A stretch of 64,000 nucleotides of DNA from an uncultured Spirochaetota bacterium (GCA_963827275.1 CAWHAA010000007.1:160001-224000), one strand, 5' to 3'; positions 30,491-41,326 are shown, counted from the stretch's first letter. Notes: generated from the letters alone by a model not told the origin. Program-made: numbers and translations.

Positions 30491-31721
30491 ATGGAAGAAC
30501 ATACTGGTCGGTCTGGACATCGGCACCACGAAGACCTGCGCGGTCATCGGGACCATGAATGACAACGGCATGGTCGAGGTGATCGGGGTGGGTGTGACGC
30601 CCTCCAGGGGCCTGAAGAACGGCGTCATCGTCAATATCGACAACACCACCTCGTCGATCGTAAAGGCCATCGACGAGGCGAGCTGATGGCCGGGTACGAG
30701 GTCGACTGACGTCATCGTCGGGTGTCAGCGGCCAGCACGTCAAGGGGCAGAATTCCCGCGGGCGTGGTCGCGGTGTCGAGCCGCAACAGGACCATACGCC
30801 ACGCAGGACGTGAAACGGGTCATCGAGGCGGCGCAGGCCGTCGTGATCCCGGTGGACCGCGAGATCCTCCATGTCCTGTCGAAGGAATTCTCGGTGGACG
30901 ACCAGATCGGCATCAAGGACCCCATCGGCATGAGCGGGGTGCGCCTCGAGGCCGAGGTCCATATCGTCACCGGGGCCACGTCGAGCATCCAGAACATGAT
31001 CAAGGCGGTGGAGAAGGCCGGGTTCCAGTACCGGGACATCGTCTTCAACCCGCTGGCGGCGGCCGACGCGGTGCTCTCCCGCGACGAGATGGAGCTGGGC
31101 GTGGCGCTCCTCGACATCGGCGGCGGCACCATCGACATCATCGTGTACCTCGAGGGCGGCGTCGCCTATTCGTCGGTGCTCTCGATCGGCGGGATACACG
31201 TCACCAACGACATATCGATCGGCCTGCGGACGCCCATCGAATCGGCGGAGCTCATCAAGAAGAAATACGGCTGCGCCGTGCTCGACCTGGTGGACCCGTC
31301 CGAGGTGGTCGAGGTCCCCTCCGTGGGCGGGCGCCCGCCCCGGAAGCTGCTCCGGCAGGAGCTCACCCAGATCATCGAGCCGCGGGTGGCGGAGATGATG
31401 GAGATGGTGGAGCACGAGCTCGTCGCTGTCCGGCAAGAAGGACATGCTTGCGGCCGGGATCGTGCTGACCGGCGGCGGCAGCATGCTTGACGGATCGATC
31501 GAGGCGGCCGAGCGCGTGTTCAACATGCCGGTCAGGATCGGCGTCGCCGCGCGAGATCGCCGGGCTCGCCGACCGTGTCGCCACGCCGCAGTTCGCAAAC
31601 GGGGTGGGGCTCTTGAAGTACGGGCTCAAGATGAGCCAGCTGCAGGGCCGGGAAGCTCACGCCGGAAAAGGGCGGAAATGTTTTCGGCAGATTAAAAAAA
31701 TGGATTGAAGAATATTTATAA
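30491..31721 (+). CDS. ftsA: Cell division protein FtsA (multiple indels)
   Basis: GLDIGTTK start, PIGMSGVRLE, LDIGGGT, GGIHVTNDI, GIVLTGGGS. Confidence 0.93.
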
Positions 31722-31835
31722 GTATGCTGGAGTCTGTTCCGGTGAAAGGACGCCGGCACAAGACATTGTATTCATATTAACGCGGTCGACGAAACCATAT
31801 AGCGCAATGAGACATAATACCGAAGGGGGACCCAC

Positions 31836-33009
31836 ATGTTTAAACTAGAAGAAGAGAAGCCTTTAACCACGGTCATCAAGGTGGTCGGTGTCGGCGGCGC
31901 CGGGTGCAACGCGGTTAACAGGATGATCGCCACCGGCATGGAAGGCGTCGAGTTCATCGTGGCGAATACCGACGCCCAGCAGCTCAGGGACAGCCTTGCG
32001 CCGAACAAGATCCAGATCGGGACGAAGCTCACCCGCGGTCTCGGGGCGGGAGCGGACCCGGGAGTCGGCCGCGAGGCCGCGCAGGAGGACCGGGACAAGA
32101 TCCACAAGGCGCTGAAGGGAGCCGACATGGTGTTCATCACCGCAGGCATGGGCGGCGGCACCGGCACCGGCGCGGCCCCGATCGTTGCTGAAGTGGCCAA
32201 GGAGCTTTCGGCCCTGGTGGTCGGCGTGGTGACCAAGCCCTTCAAGGTGGAAGGGAAGAAACGGCTCAGCCAGGCCGAGGCAGGCATCGCCAACCTGAAA
32301 GAGAAGGTGGACACCCTCATTACGATACACAATGACTTATTACTGAAAATTATCGACCGCCGCACCCCGATCGAGGACGCTTTCAAGCTCGCTGACGATA
32401 TTTTACGGCAGGGCGTGCAGGGTATCGCTGACCTGATCATGGTGACCGGGCTCGTGAACGTCGATTTCGCCGATGTCCGGACCGTGATGAGGGAGACCGG
32501 CGACGCGCTCATGGGCGTCGGGCATCGGCACCGGCGAGAACAAGGCGCTCGAAGCGACCCAGCAGGCGATCAACAGCCCGCTCCTTGAGGAGACCAGCAT
32601 CGAGGGCGCCAAGGCGGTCCTCATCAATATCGCCGGCGGCAACGACCTCTCCCTTCACGAGGTGAACGAGGTCACGGACGTCATTACCCGCCAGGTCGAT
32701 CCCGAGGCGAACATCATTTTCGGGACCACCATCGATCCGGCCCTTTCCGACCGGGTGCGGGTCACCGTGATCGCGACCGGCTTCGACCGGCGCAGGAACA
32801 TGATCAACCGCGGCGGGAGCCAGCAGGCGCAGGCCGAGCCGCGGAACGGCACCTCGCTCACGCTGATCGAGGGGAGCCAGAGCAGGCCCGAGAAGCGGAT
32901 GCCGGCCGGCATGCAGACCTTCTCCCTTGATTATGAGCGCAAGCGCACCCGCGACTATCAGAACGAAGACCTGGACATACCGGCATTTTTACGCAGGGGA
33001 GTCGAGTAG
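31836..33009 (+). CDS. ftsZ: Cell division protein FtsZ (indel near 32522)
   Basis: [27 protein letters not shown]-terminal LDIPAFLRR. Confidence 0.97.
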
Positions 33010-33014
33010 GGGCC

Positions 33015-34025
33015 ATGCCAGCCGCGATGGACATTCTGGTCGATGAAGATGTCCGCTCCTTCCTGGACGCGAACGCCGCCGGGTATACGGCGGCCGAGCC
33101 CCTCGCGGGGGACGCATCCACACGCCGCTACTGGCGTGTCCGTGCGCCGGGCGGGACCCGGGTGCTGTGCGAGGACCCGGGCTTCGTCAATGCGCCCATC
33201 GCGGAATATCCATTCACTGTCGTGTACGCGCTGCTGAGAGAATACGTGCCTGTGCCTGAAATTTACGCCATGGACAACCGCCGGGGCCTTTTCCTCCTTC
33301 AGGACCTCGGCGATTCGCTTATGGAAGATGTCTGCCCCCTTCATGACAGCGGCGGGACGGCGCGGCTCTACCGGCGATGTATCGACAACCTCCTCCGGAT
33401 ACAGACAATACGGGGGAAGGGCCAGGCGCCCTTCTCCCTTTCTTTTGATGTCGACAAGCTCATGTTCGAGTTCGATTTTTTCATCGAGCACGCCCTGCGC
33501 GGCTACTTCGCCGCACGGACCGGCGATGAAGAGGAGCGGGCCCTCCGCGCGGAGTTCCTTAAAATTTCCGAAATTCTCTACCGTCCGGGGCTCTTTGTCC
33601 TGGCACACCGTGACTACCATTCCCGGAACATTATCCTCTTCGAGGACACGCCGTACATCATCGATTTCCAGGACGCGCGCATGGGCCTCCCGCAGTACGA
33701 CGCCGTCTCCCTGCTCAGGGACTCCTACCTGCGCCTCGATGATGGGGTCTTCGAGGAATGTAAAAAATATTTTTACGAGGGAGGGAGGGGCATGGAGATA
33801 CACTCGATGGGCAGCGACGAGTTCAATTACTACTTTGACGTCATGGCCTTTCAGCGCAATGTGAAGGCGCTCGGCACGTTCGGGTACCAGGTGTCGGTCA
33901 GGGGGAACAGGCGCTATGAGCGGTATATCGTCCCGACGCTGGCATACCTGGACGCGTACGCGGAGCGACAGGAGGTCCTTGAAAAGGCCTGGCGCATCCT
34001 GAGAAAATATACGGTTACACAATAA
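33015..34025 (+). CDS. amgK: AmgK-like anomeric MurNAc/GlcNAc kinase (APH family)
   Basis: LAGDASTRRYWR, QDLG, HRDYHSRN, IDFQDARMG..YDAVSLLRD, QRNVKALGTF. Confidence 0.8.
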   Translation: MPAAMDILVDEDVRSFLDANAAGYTAAEPLAGDASTRRYWRVRAPGGTRVLCEDPGFVNAPIAEYPFTVVYALLREYVPVPEIYAMDNRRGLFLLQDLGDSLMEDVCPLHDSGGTARLYRRCIDNLLRIQTIRGKGQAPFSLSFDVDKLMFEFDFFIEHALRGYFAARTGDEEERALRAEFLKISEILYRPGLFVLAHRDYHSRNIILFEDTPYIIDFQDARMGLPQYDAVSLLRDSYLRLDDGVFEECKKYFYEGGRGMEIHSMGSDEFNYYFDVMAFQRNVKALGTFGYQVSVRGNRRYERYIVPTLAYLDAYAERQEVLEKAWRILRKYTVTQ

Positions 34026-34037
34026 TCATCGCCGAAG

Positions 34038-35037
34038 TCAGACACGTTTCTTTAAAAAATCCCCTATGACCTCTATCGCGTCGCGCGCTTCAGGAATGAT
34101 GACCCCGAAGGTTTGAAAGACGTGCCACAGCCCTTCGTATACCTGGATCGTCGCGTCCACCCCGGCCTTTTTCGCGCGTTCGGCCAGGCGGGTTGAATCG
34201 CTGAGTAAAATCTCGTCCGTGCCGACCTGGATGAGCAGGGGCGGCAGGCCGGCCAGGTTTTGGCGCACGGGTGAAAGCAATGGCGATTTGATCCTGAAAT
34301 TGTCGCTGAACAGGGCCAGGTGCCGCGGCATATCGTTTGGATCGAACCAGGGATCGATTCCCGCCTTTGTCTTTTGAGACTCGCCGTCAAAATGTACCGC
34401 GTCGGTGAGGGGGGACAGCATTACCGCAGCTGCGGGAAGGGGGATGCCGGTATCGCGCAGCTTGAGGAGGGTCATCACCGTGAGGCAGCCGCCCGCGGAG
34501 TCCCCGGCGATTGCCAGATCGTCCGGAGCGTAGCCCTGCCGGATGAGCCACCGGTAGGCGACAACGCAGTCGTCGAGCGCCGCGGGAAAGACATGCTCCG
34601 GCGCAAGCCGGTATTCAGGCACCAGCACGGGAAGGCCGGATGCGTTCGATATGCGGGCAACCAGCTCCCGGTGCGTGGCGCGCGACCCGGCGAGGAACCC
34701 GCCGCCGTGGGTGTAGAGGAGCGCCTTCTTCGGGGCCGGATCAACGTTCGCGGCACGGACCCATTCGGCTTTCATGTCGCCGATGGCTACCTCTTCCACC
34801 GCGGTGCCCTGCGGGAGGAGCGCCAGTTTGCTTATGTTCTCGAGGGTATTCCGTACCGCTGATACAAAATCCTTCTCTGACGCAAAGGCGGGCGCGATGT
34901 ATACCTCCACCGTCAAGCGGGCCATCCGGGCCCCGAGGGACGGCGTGAATATGCGCGTCTGTGATATGGCGATGATAATGGCAACTGCCGCTGCGGCGGC
35001 GATGACGATGATGAGATGCTTTTTTCTTCCTGTTCAT
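34038..35037 (-). CDS. HSL-family alpha/beta hydrolase with N-terminal TM anchor (indel in A-run near 35020)
   Basis: HGGG, YRLAPEH, GDSAGG, E..D, HVF. Removing one A joins MNRKKKHLIIVIAAAAAVAIIIAI in frame to MARLTV. Confidence 0.88.
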
Positions 35038-35152
35038 AGTGTACCCCTACACGTTCCTGATAATGTTTCCAGTATTATGCTGCATACCGGCAGATTGTCA
35101 ATGGAATTATTCCGGAGACAACGGTTTCAGGCTGTTGAGTATAATCAGCAAT

Positions 35153-35306
35153 TACCGATACTATCGGTGGGGAGGTTGCTCTGACCCCGGAAGTACCGAT
35201 AACTATCGGCGGGTTGTTCTGACCCCGGGAGCACCGATAACTATCGGTAGGTTGCTCTGGCCCCGGGAGTACCGATAACTATCGGCGGAGGGGTTGCTCT
35301 GACCCC
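35153..35306. repeat. Four tandem 37-41 bp units, each with a palindromic core
   Basis: Units start at 35153, 35194, 35232 and 35270. Consensus YACCGATA(A)CTATCGG..GGTTGYTCTGRCCCCGGRAG. Confidence 0.9.
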
Positions 35307-35356
35307 AATGAATACTCTTCTTGACATATTTGCCCTGACCGCTATTCACTATCACA

Positions 35357-36262
35357 ATGAAAGCATTCCTTCTCGCTGCCGGGTACGGCGAGCGCCTCAG
35401 GCCGCTCACCGACCGTATCCCGAAGCCCCTTGCACCGGTGATGAACGTCCCATCGATATGCTACGCGCTTACTCTCCTCAAAGAGGCCGGCATATCAGAG
35501 GTGGTCTGCAACCTCCATCATCTCGGAAGCGCGATAGAGGATTTTTTCCGTGTGCATGATTATTTCGGGCTCACGGTGACATTCTCCCGAGAGGAAGAGA
35601 TCCTCGGTACCGGGGGCGGCCTGGCCAACTGCAGGGAGCATCTCACGGACGGGCCCTTTATCTATCTCAACAGCGATATGATCGCCGATATCGACCTCGG
35701 CGCCGTGCTGCGCGCCCATGCCGCGTCCGGGTCTGCCGGGACGCTGGTGCTTGCCCCGGCAGCGCGGGGAAGAGGGCGCGTCACCGCCCGGGACGGCAGG
35801 GTCATTAATTTGCGCGGCATCCTTCCGGTCGATGCGCGGCCTGAACACGATTTCCTGGGGGCGGCGGTGCTTTCGCCCGCTATCTTCCCTTATCTGAAAA
35901 ACGGCTTCTCGGACATCGTCGAGAACGGGTTCCTTGACCTTGCATCAAGCGGCGATCTCGGATATTATCTATATTCGGACCCCTGGCATGATATCGGCAG
36001 TATCGAATCCTACCGCACCGCCAACATGGCGCTCCTTGGCATGCCGGATTCATACAGGAGGCGAATTCAAAGAGCGACCTCGCTGGAGCCAGCGGCGCTG
36101 GCCGCCGGCGTCCGCATCGGGGCGGGCGCAATGGTTGAGCGTTCTGTCATAGGCGAGGGATGCGTAATCGGCGACGGCGCGCGCGTTGAGGAATCGGTTT
36201 TACTGCACGGGGTGTTGCTTCAGGCAGGATCAGCGGCGGTCCGCGCTGTCAGATGGGTATGA
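35357..36262 (+). CDS. Sugar-phosphate nucleotidyltransferase, MurU-like, with hexapeptide tail
   Basis: MKAFLLAAGYGERLRPLT..PKPL, ILGTGGG, NSD, WHDIGS. Close to amgK. Confidence 0.8.
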   Translation: MKAFLLAAGYGERLRPLTDRIPKPLAPVMNVPSICYALTLLKEAGISEVVCNLHHLGSAIEDFFRVHDYFGLTVTFSREEEILGTGGGLANCREHLTDGPFIYLNSDMIADIDLGAVLRAHAASGSAGTLVLAPAARGRGRVTARDGRVINLRGILPVDARPEHDFLGAAVLSPAIFPYLKNGFSDIVENGFLDLASSGDLGYYLYSDPWHDIGSIESYRTANMALLGMPDSYRRRIQRATSLEPAALAAGVRIGAGAMVERSVIGEGCVIGDGARVEESVLLHGVLLQAGSAAVRAVRWV

Positions 36263-36275
36263 ATATAATAAAAGT

Positions 36276-36438
36276 ACCCGCGCTGCCGTGTAGGTAGCTT
36301 TTTGAACCTGATACCAGGTGGGTTCCCGCACGGATGGTCAGGTCTTCCCCGAAGGGCGTGACCATTGCAGCCAAATATTGGGATCCCTAAAAAGCTTTAG
36401 GTTCAAAAAAATACATTCCTATCACCAACAGCGCAGGC
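36276..36438 (-). ncRNA. ssrS: 6S RNA
   Basis: Minus strand folds as a long rod: CCTGCGCTG/CAGCGCGGG closing stem, TTTTTGAACCT/AGGTTCAAAAA inner stem, central bubble, ATGGTCA/TGACCAT apical stem. About 165 nt, intergenic. Confidence 0.75.
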
Positions 36439-36657
36439 GCCCCTTATCGGATACGCACCGGCATATTTGGCAACAATTTTTTTTCAACCCGAACAGACGT
36501 TTTGGCGATACTCGATGCGATCGTGTCGCGTGCTTATTGTTATTTTCGCAATTTAATATTTGACACCTGCGGGAGGATGTATCATACTCTGCACCCTGTT
36601 GTCAGCGAGGGCGCATCCCGACCGTCTTCTATCCAGTATGAATGCGAGGTGTTGTCA

Positions 36658-37380
36658 ATGATTGGAAAATATTTCAAGGATTTCGACAAGAAAATTCTCA
36701 AGATAAAAAAGCCCGTTGCCGGCGCCCAGGAGGGGAAGGGAAAAACCGTCACGCGCGCTTCGGTGGACCTGCGCATGATGAAGGAGAGCCTCTCGAAAAT
36801 CGTTCCCTCCCGCCTGAAAGTTGATTCCGTCAAACCGATTGACTCTTCTGGCTTTTCGCCCGAAGGGGTGGACCTTGTGGTCTATGAAGAGTATTGCCAG
36901 GATATGCTGGAGCTGATGGGAGGACATGTGCCGTCCGAGCTCCTGTACGGGATGTTCCACATCGTGCCGAACCTTACCAAAGAATCATTGACCGAGGTAT
37001 TGAACAAGGTCGCGACAGCGAAAAAACTGAACATGTACGCCGCATTACCCGAGGAAGAAGGGACGATGTCGCATATCCCGTCCTTTATTATCGCTGCTTC
37101 CTCCAAGTACCAGTTCAGCGAGCTCAAAAACGATATAATCAATTACTACCTTTCGAAAAATACCGGGTACCGTCATGAACTAGACATCCTCATGATCATG
37201 CACAAGGGGATCGTGGTGAAGAACTGGCGCGAGAAGCGGAGTTTTATCGCTCTTGAGACGAAAGAAGACACCTTTATGTGGTTTTTCATCCTCATGAACG
37301 AGTATCTTGACCAGAAAAAGGAGACGGCGATCGATTTCCGGAATTATGTCAAGAAAGATGTCATTTATAATGAATATTAG
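36658..37380 (+). CDS. Hypothetical protein, possibly degenerate PD-(D/E)XK / DUF6602-like fold
   Basis: ATG after GAGGTG. VDLVVYE..VPSELLYGMFHIV..L pattern. Confidence 0.65.
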   Translation: MIGKYFKDFDKKILKIKKPVAGAQEGKGKTVTRASVDLRMMKESLSKIVPSRLKVDSVKPIDSSGFSPEGVDLVVYEEYCQDMLELMGGHVPSELLYGMFHIVPNLTKESLTEVLNKVATAKKLNMYAALPEEEGTMSHIPSFIIAASSKYQFSELKNDIINYYLSKNTGYRHELDILMIMHKGIVVKNWREKRSFIALETKEDTFMWFFILMNEYLDQKKETAIDFRNYVKKDVIYNEY

Positions 37381-37455
37381 GCCTGTTGTCTGGCGAATCA
37401 TTGTAAATTTTCATTGTTTCTTTGAATTAAATTTTGTATAATTAGATTAATATTC

Positions 37456-37483
37456 TTGACATATTATAAATTATTGCTATTAT
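37456..37483 (+). promoter_or_regulatory. Sigma70-type promoter
   Basis: TTGACA, 16-bp spacer, TGcTATTAT, in AT-rich DNA upstream of the VWA gene. Confidence 0.5.
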
Positions 37484-37639
37484 TATTTAGCGACTCCGCA
37501 ATTATATTGTTGTTTGTTTCAATGACATATCTTTATTATAGATAAAAATGATAATCCCCTAACAAGAGATCCATTGTGGGGCGGGGATAGTGGAGTTATG
37601 GAAGTACCCGGAAATACAAAGAGGAGAACTATTTTGGGA

Positions 37640-38728
37640 ATGAAATCTTTAAAGGCGCTACTACCATTGCTAACGGTTTTGATGGCTGTCCAGTTAACAC
37701 TGGTGCCGAACGGTCTCATGGCAAAACAGAGCAAGGATATCATTCTGGTCCTTGACACTTCCATGAGCATGATCGGGCAGGACGGCGGACAGGACATCCT
37801 TGACAGGGTTAAAAAAAGCATCAGCGATTACATCGACCGTGTAGAGGACGGAGACCGCGTGACCTTCGTTACCTTTGATACCAGCGTAAGGATGTATCCC
37901 GGCGTGTTTGTCGATGACGACAATGACCGGGACATCCTGAAAAAATATATCTCCATGACCGAGGCCACCGGACTGTGGACCTATACCTACAAGATGGTAA
38001 CCACCGTGCTGGATTCGGCCGAAAAGCTTGACAATAAAGATAATCGGCAGACCGAGATCGTCATCATGACCGATGCGATCGATGACCCGCCTCCGGGTGA
38101 CAAGAAATTCAACTTTGCTGATTTTGCCGCCAAATACGGAAAAAAATCGAACATGTGGATTTATATCCTCAGCTTCAGCGATCTCGCCAAGAGCGAGGCA
38201 GCGAAGAAGATGGAGCGGGACCTCGGGCTGATCTCTGACAACGTGAAGATCATCCAGACCGGCGAACCGGAAAAGGCGAAGGAAGAGCTGCTCGCGGAGG
38301 AAAAGATACAGGAGGCGAAGGGGAGGAGCATTCTCTGCCCGATAATTATCGCTGCCGCCATAATACTGCTCCTTCTCGCGCTCCTTTTCTTCGTCAAGCG
38401 GTTGCAGGACCTGAAAGTCTCGGGAAAATTCGAGTACTGGAACAATGAGATCATTGAGCCGTATATGCAGCATTTTGACCTGGCCCGCAGGCCCGCCCGT
38501 GAGATCAATGTGGGCAAGGGGCTCGGGTGCCTGCTGAACATACGGGACATAGACATAAAGAGGCCCATCACCATTAAGGCGGTACGGCATGAAGGCGCGG
38601 TACGGATGGCGATTATCGACAATGACAGCGCCAGGGCCGAGATCGTGAATCGCGAGCCGGACGGCCTCCTCCAGGATGGCGATGTGTTTAAACTGGGGAA
38701 TTATACCTTTAAATACTTTGCGTCCTGA
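37640..38728 (+). CDS. Signal peptide + VWA + TM + degenerate FHA-like domain protein
   Basis: LVLDTSMSM MIDAS, WT, MTD. TM IIIAAAIILLLLALLFFV. C-terminal LQDGDVFKLGNYTFKY resembles an FHA domain end. Confidence 0.8.
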   Translation: MKSLKALLPLLTVLMAVQLTLVPNGLMAKQSKDIILVLDTSMSMIGQDGGQDILDRVKKSISDYIDRVEDGDRVTFVTFDTSVRMYPGVFVDDDNDRDILKKYISMTEATGLWTYTYKMVTTVLDSAEKLDNKDNRQTEIVIMTDAIDDPPPGDKKFNFADFAAKYGKKSNMWIYILSFSDLAKSEAAKKMERDLGLISDNVKIIQTGEPEKAKEELLAEEKIQEAKGRSILCPIIIAAAIILLLLALLFFVKRLQDLKVSGKFEYWNNEIIEPYMQHFDLARRPAREINVGKGLGCLLNIRDIDIKRPITIKAVRHEGAVRMAIIDNDSARAEIVNREPDGLLQDGDVFKLGNYTFKYFAS

Positions 38729-38829
38729 TACGGGCCGCGTGGAGAAAAGAAAATAAGGCTAATTCGCCCGATACGGTTTGACGATAGGTGCTAAGGACGT
38801 CTCCTGACGGGATTTTTTAGAAATAAATC

Positions 38830-38860
38830 TTGACAGAAAAGGTTGAATTACTATTATCAT
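38830..38860 (+). promoter_or_regulatory. Sigma70-type promoter for cfpA
   Basis: TTGACA at 38830; TATTAT/TATCAT at 38852-38860. Confidence 0.45.
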
Positions 38861-39029
38861 ACTTTTTGAATATCAGACTTGCATGAAATTTGGTTATTAA
38901 TGATTCTCATCCGGCCGCGGGAGGGTGCGGAAAAAGAAAAAAATGAAGGAATTTCAGCGGGTCTTAAAAGAAATAGACGCACGGAATGCATGAATATTTC
39001 AGCGCAGCGAATTAAAGGAGGAAGGATAA

Positions 39030-40988
39030 ATGGCTTTCACACAATTTCCTAAGAGTCCAAACAAGTTTCACCCGACCATTCCCAATGCCGTCGGTTCACA
39101 TGAATCATACGCGCAGGAAGGGCGTGACAAGATCGCCGAGCAGCGGCTCATCGTCAATGAAACCACGGATCGGGTCATAAACCAGGTCATATCCAAGATG
39201 CCAGAGGACGTTCTGGTCAAAATGGAAATCATGGGCGGTTTGAAGGAAAAGCTGTATAACTATATCAACCAGACCTACGTTAACATGTTCAACCGCTACA
39301 CGGTTACCATGGAAGACGAGTTCATGAAAAAGGTCAGGGACTTCGTTGACAAGGAAGAGCTCAGGGGCCTCGCCCGCTATACCCCGAGGGAGATAATCGA
39401 GCTCATGGACAAGATCGCCGGCCCGGACAAGTTCCACACTGGTGAAATCGAGAAATCGATCATCAACATGTATGGACACCTTCAGGGCCACATACAGCGG
39501 GGCGTCAACGACCTCGAAACAGAGACGAACTCGATCCTCCGCCAGAAGACTGACATCGGCGCTTTCGTCCGGGGCCAGAACGCATACGCCATATTAAAGT
39601 GCGTCTTCAAGGACAATGAATATCGTCCTAAATATGTATACGACGTCAAGCTTTCAATAAATATACTCGAGAGCGAGCTCATCAGCCCGATGTACCACTA
39701 CCAGGTGACCGTTGAGAATTTACTCAAAGACGCGATCCAGAAGCACGTACAGGACCTGATTGACCGCCAGGTGCAGGCCTTCAACGACGAGCTCGTCGAC
39801 CAGGGCAAGCGCGAGCTTACCGGAAGCGAAAAGCTGTTCGAGAAGATCAAGCGGATCGAAAACTTCACCGACGACGAGAAAGAGGACGAAAAATCGAAAC
39901 GCTACACCATCCTCGCCAAGAAGTTCCTGGACAAGATCGAGGGCCTCAGGGCCGAGATCGATGTCGAGGATTTCGATCCCCTCAATATCAGGGAAAATAT
40001 CAAGTACGTCATCGACGAAGAGAACGTGCGGAACCGGGGCTACAATACCGCGATCAACAACATCACCTCGATTCTCGACACCAGCAAGCTCGGCTACCAG
40101 GTGTGCAACAACATGAAAAACGCCAGGATATGCCATATCAGGGAATATGAAGAGACCGATACCTCCATCCTTCCGGATGAGCGGTATTCGATGAGGCTGG
40201 CGTTCTATGACCAGAACCAGCTCAAGGTCGAGAAAAAGGAATTCGACAAGCAAATGGACACCTTCTCCACCGAAATCAAGATGCTCTGGGATGTGTGCCA
40301 TGGCTACTACGAATCAAAGAAGCGTTTCCGCGCACTGAAGGACTTCGATGACCTGGCCAACAGGATCATGGCGAAAGACTGGAAACGCGCCAAGAAGGAG
40401 CGTGAAGAAGATCCTGAAACCATCCTCTGGAATGAAGTTGGCGAGATGTATCCGGAAGATTCGTTCGTAGAAAAGAACAACAGGACCTATGAACACCGGA
40501 TCGTAAATCTCAAGAACAAGCTGATCTATCTGAAAGATATGCTCCACAAGATGCATGGATTCCAGAACCCGGTGGAACGGGTCATCCTGGACGAGCGCAT
40601 CAGCTTTATGACCAAGCGGTTCAACGAGTTCACCTACAGGGTAAACCCGCACCATATTCAGCCGGGCCTGATCCTCGACATCGACATCGCAACGATCAAG
40701 AGGAAACAGTACATGCTGAAGGGCATGGCCAACGTTCTGAACGAATTCCTCTATGGCGTATCCAAGGGGTTCTCGGACGCAGCGTTCGCCCAGTACACGA
40801 GGCGCCGGTCGACCCAGAGGGAGGATATCGATCAGTCGTTTGCGGCCGAGGAAGTGGGCGCGAGCGTTATCGAAGAAGCCTACAGGGTTTCACAGCAAAG
40901 CCCCGGCAGCGAGATCAGCGGCGCTGTCAGCCTTTCGCCAAGGAGCGCGGCCAAGCCGGTGAAGAAATCCGGCCTGAAGGAACTGTAG
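39030..40988 (+). CDS. cfpA: Cytoplasmic filament protein A
   Basis: PKSPNKFHP..AVGS, MGGLKEKLYNY.NQ.Y.NMFNRY, TGEIEKS.INMYGHLQGHIQRGVN.LET match treponemal CfpA as recalled. AAGGAGG RBS. Confidence 0.9.
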   Translation: MAFTQFPKSPNKFHPTIPNAVGSHESYAQEGRDKIAEQRLIVNETTDRVINQVISKMPEDVLVKMEIMGGLKEKLYNYINQTYVNMFNRYTVTMEDEFMKKVRDFVDKEELRGLARYTPREIIELMDKIAGPDKFHTGEIEKSIINMYGHLQGHIQRGVNDLETETNSILRQKTDIGAFVRGQNAYAILKCVFKDNEYRPKYVYDVKLSINILESELISPMYHYQVTVENLLKDAIQKHVQDLIDRQVQAFNDELVDQGKRELTGSEKLFEKIKRIENFTDDEKEDEKSKRYTILAKKFLDKIEGLRAEIDVEDFDPLNIRENIKYVIDEENVRNRGYNTAINNITSILDTSKLGYQVCNNMKNARICHIREYEETDTSILPDERYSMRLAFYDQNQLKVEKKEFDKQMDTFSTEIKMLWDVCHGYYESKKRFRALKDFDDLANRIMAKDWKRAKKEREEDPETILWNEVGEMYPEDSFVEKNNRTYEHRIVNLKNKLIYLKDMLHKMHGFQNPVERVILDERISFMTKRFNEFTYRVNPHHIQPGLILDIDIATIKRKQYMLKGMANVLNEFLYGVSKGFSDAAFAQYTRRRSTQREDIDQSFAAEEVGASVIEEAYRVSQQSPGSEISGAVSLSPRSAAKPVKKSGLKEL

Positions 40989-41031
40989 GAGAATACGGCG
41001 CAGCAGGCCGATTCAACAACAATGAAATGAG

Positions 41032-41065
41032 GAGGCTGGCCCCGAGGGACCAGCCTCTTTTTTTT
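41032..41065 (+). terminator. Rho-independent terminator after cfpA
   Basis: GAGGCTGG..CCAGCCTC followed by T8. Confidence 0.85.
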
Positions 41066-41326
41066 CGGAGATGCCTCGTGCTTTCTCGCGATAGCTCTTT
41101 TCCCGGCTCGACGCTTGTTCGCGGCGGTTTTATTGATTTTTATCGTTACAAAATGCTTGCAATTATTGTAGCGGCTTTTATAGTATCAACCATGATCGGG
41201 GATGCTACAACCTTAAACGTGCAGTTTCATGGCCAGGTAAGAACACGGTCCCGGCTATAATTATAAATCATGCGCAACCCGGTTCGCGCATTTCCCCCCA
41301 ATAAACTCTGTCAAGGGAGCACTATA

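Noticed and set aside
35020..35025. A-run in the esterase 5' end as a phase-variation switch
   Set aside because: Only six bases long, and the window has many similar indel artefacts.
35153..35306. Tandem array as a CRISPR array or attC cassette array
   Set aside because: No unique spacers, no cas or integrase gene in the window, and units are too short for attC.
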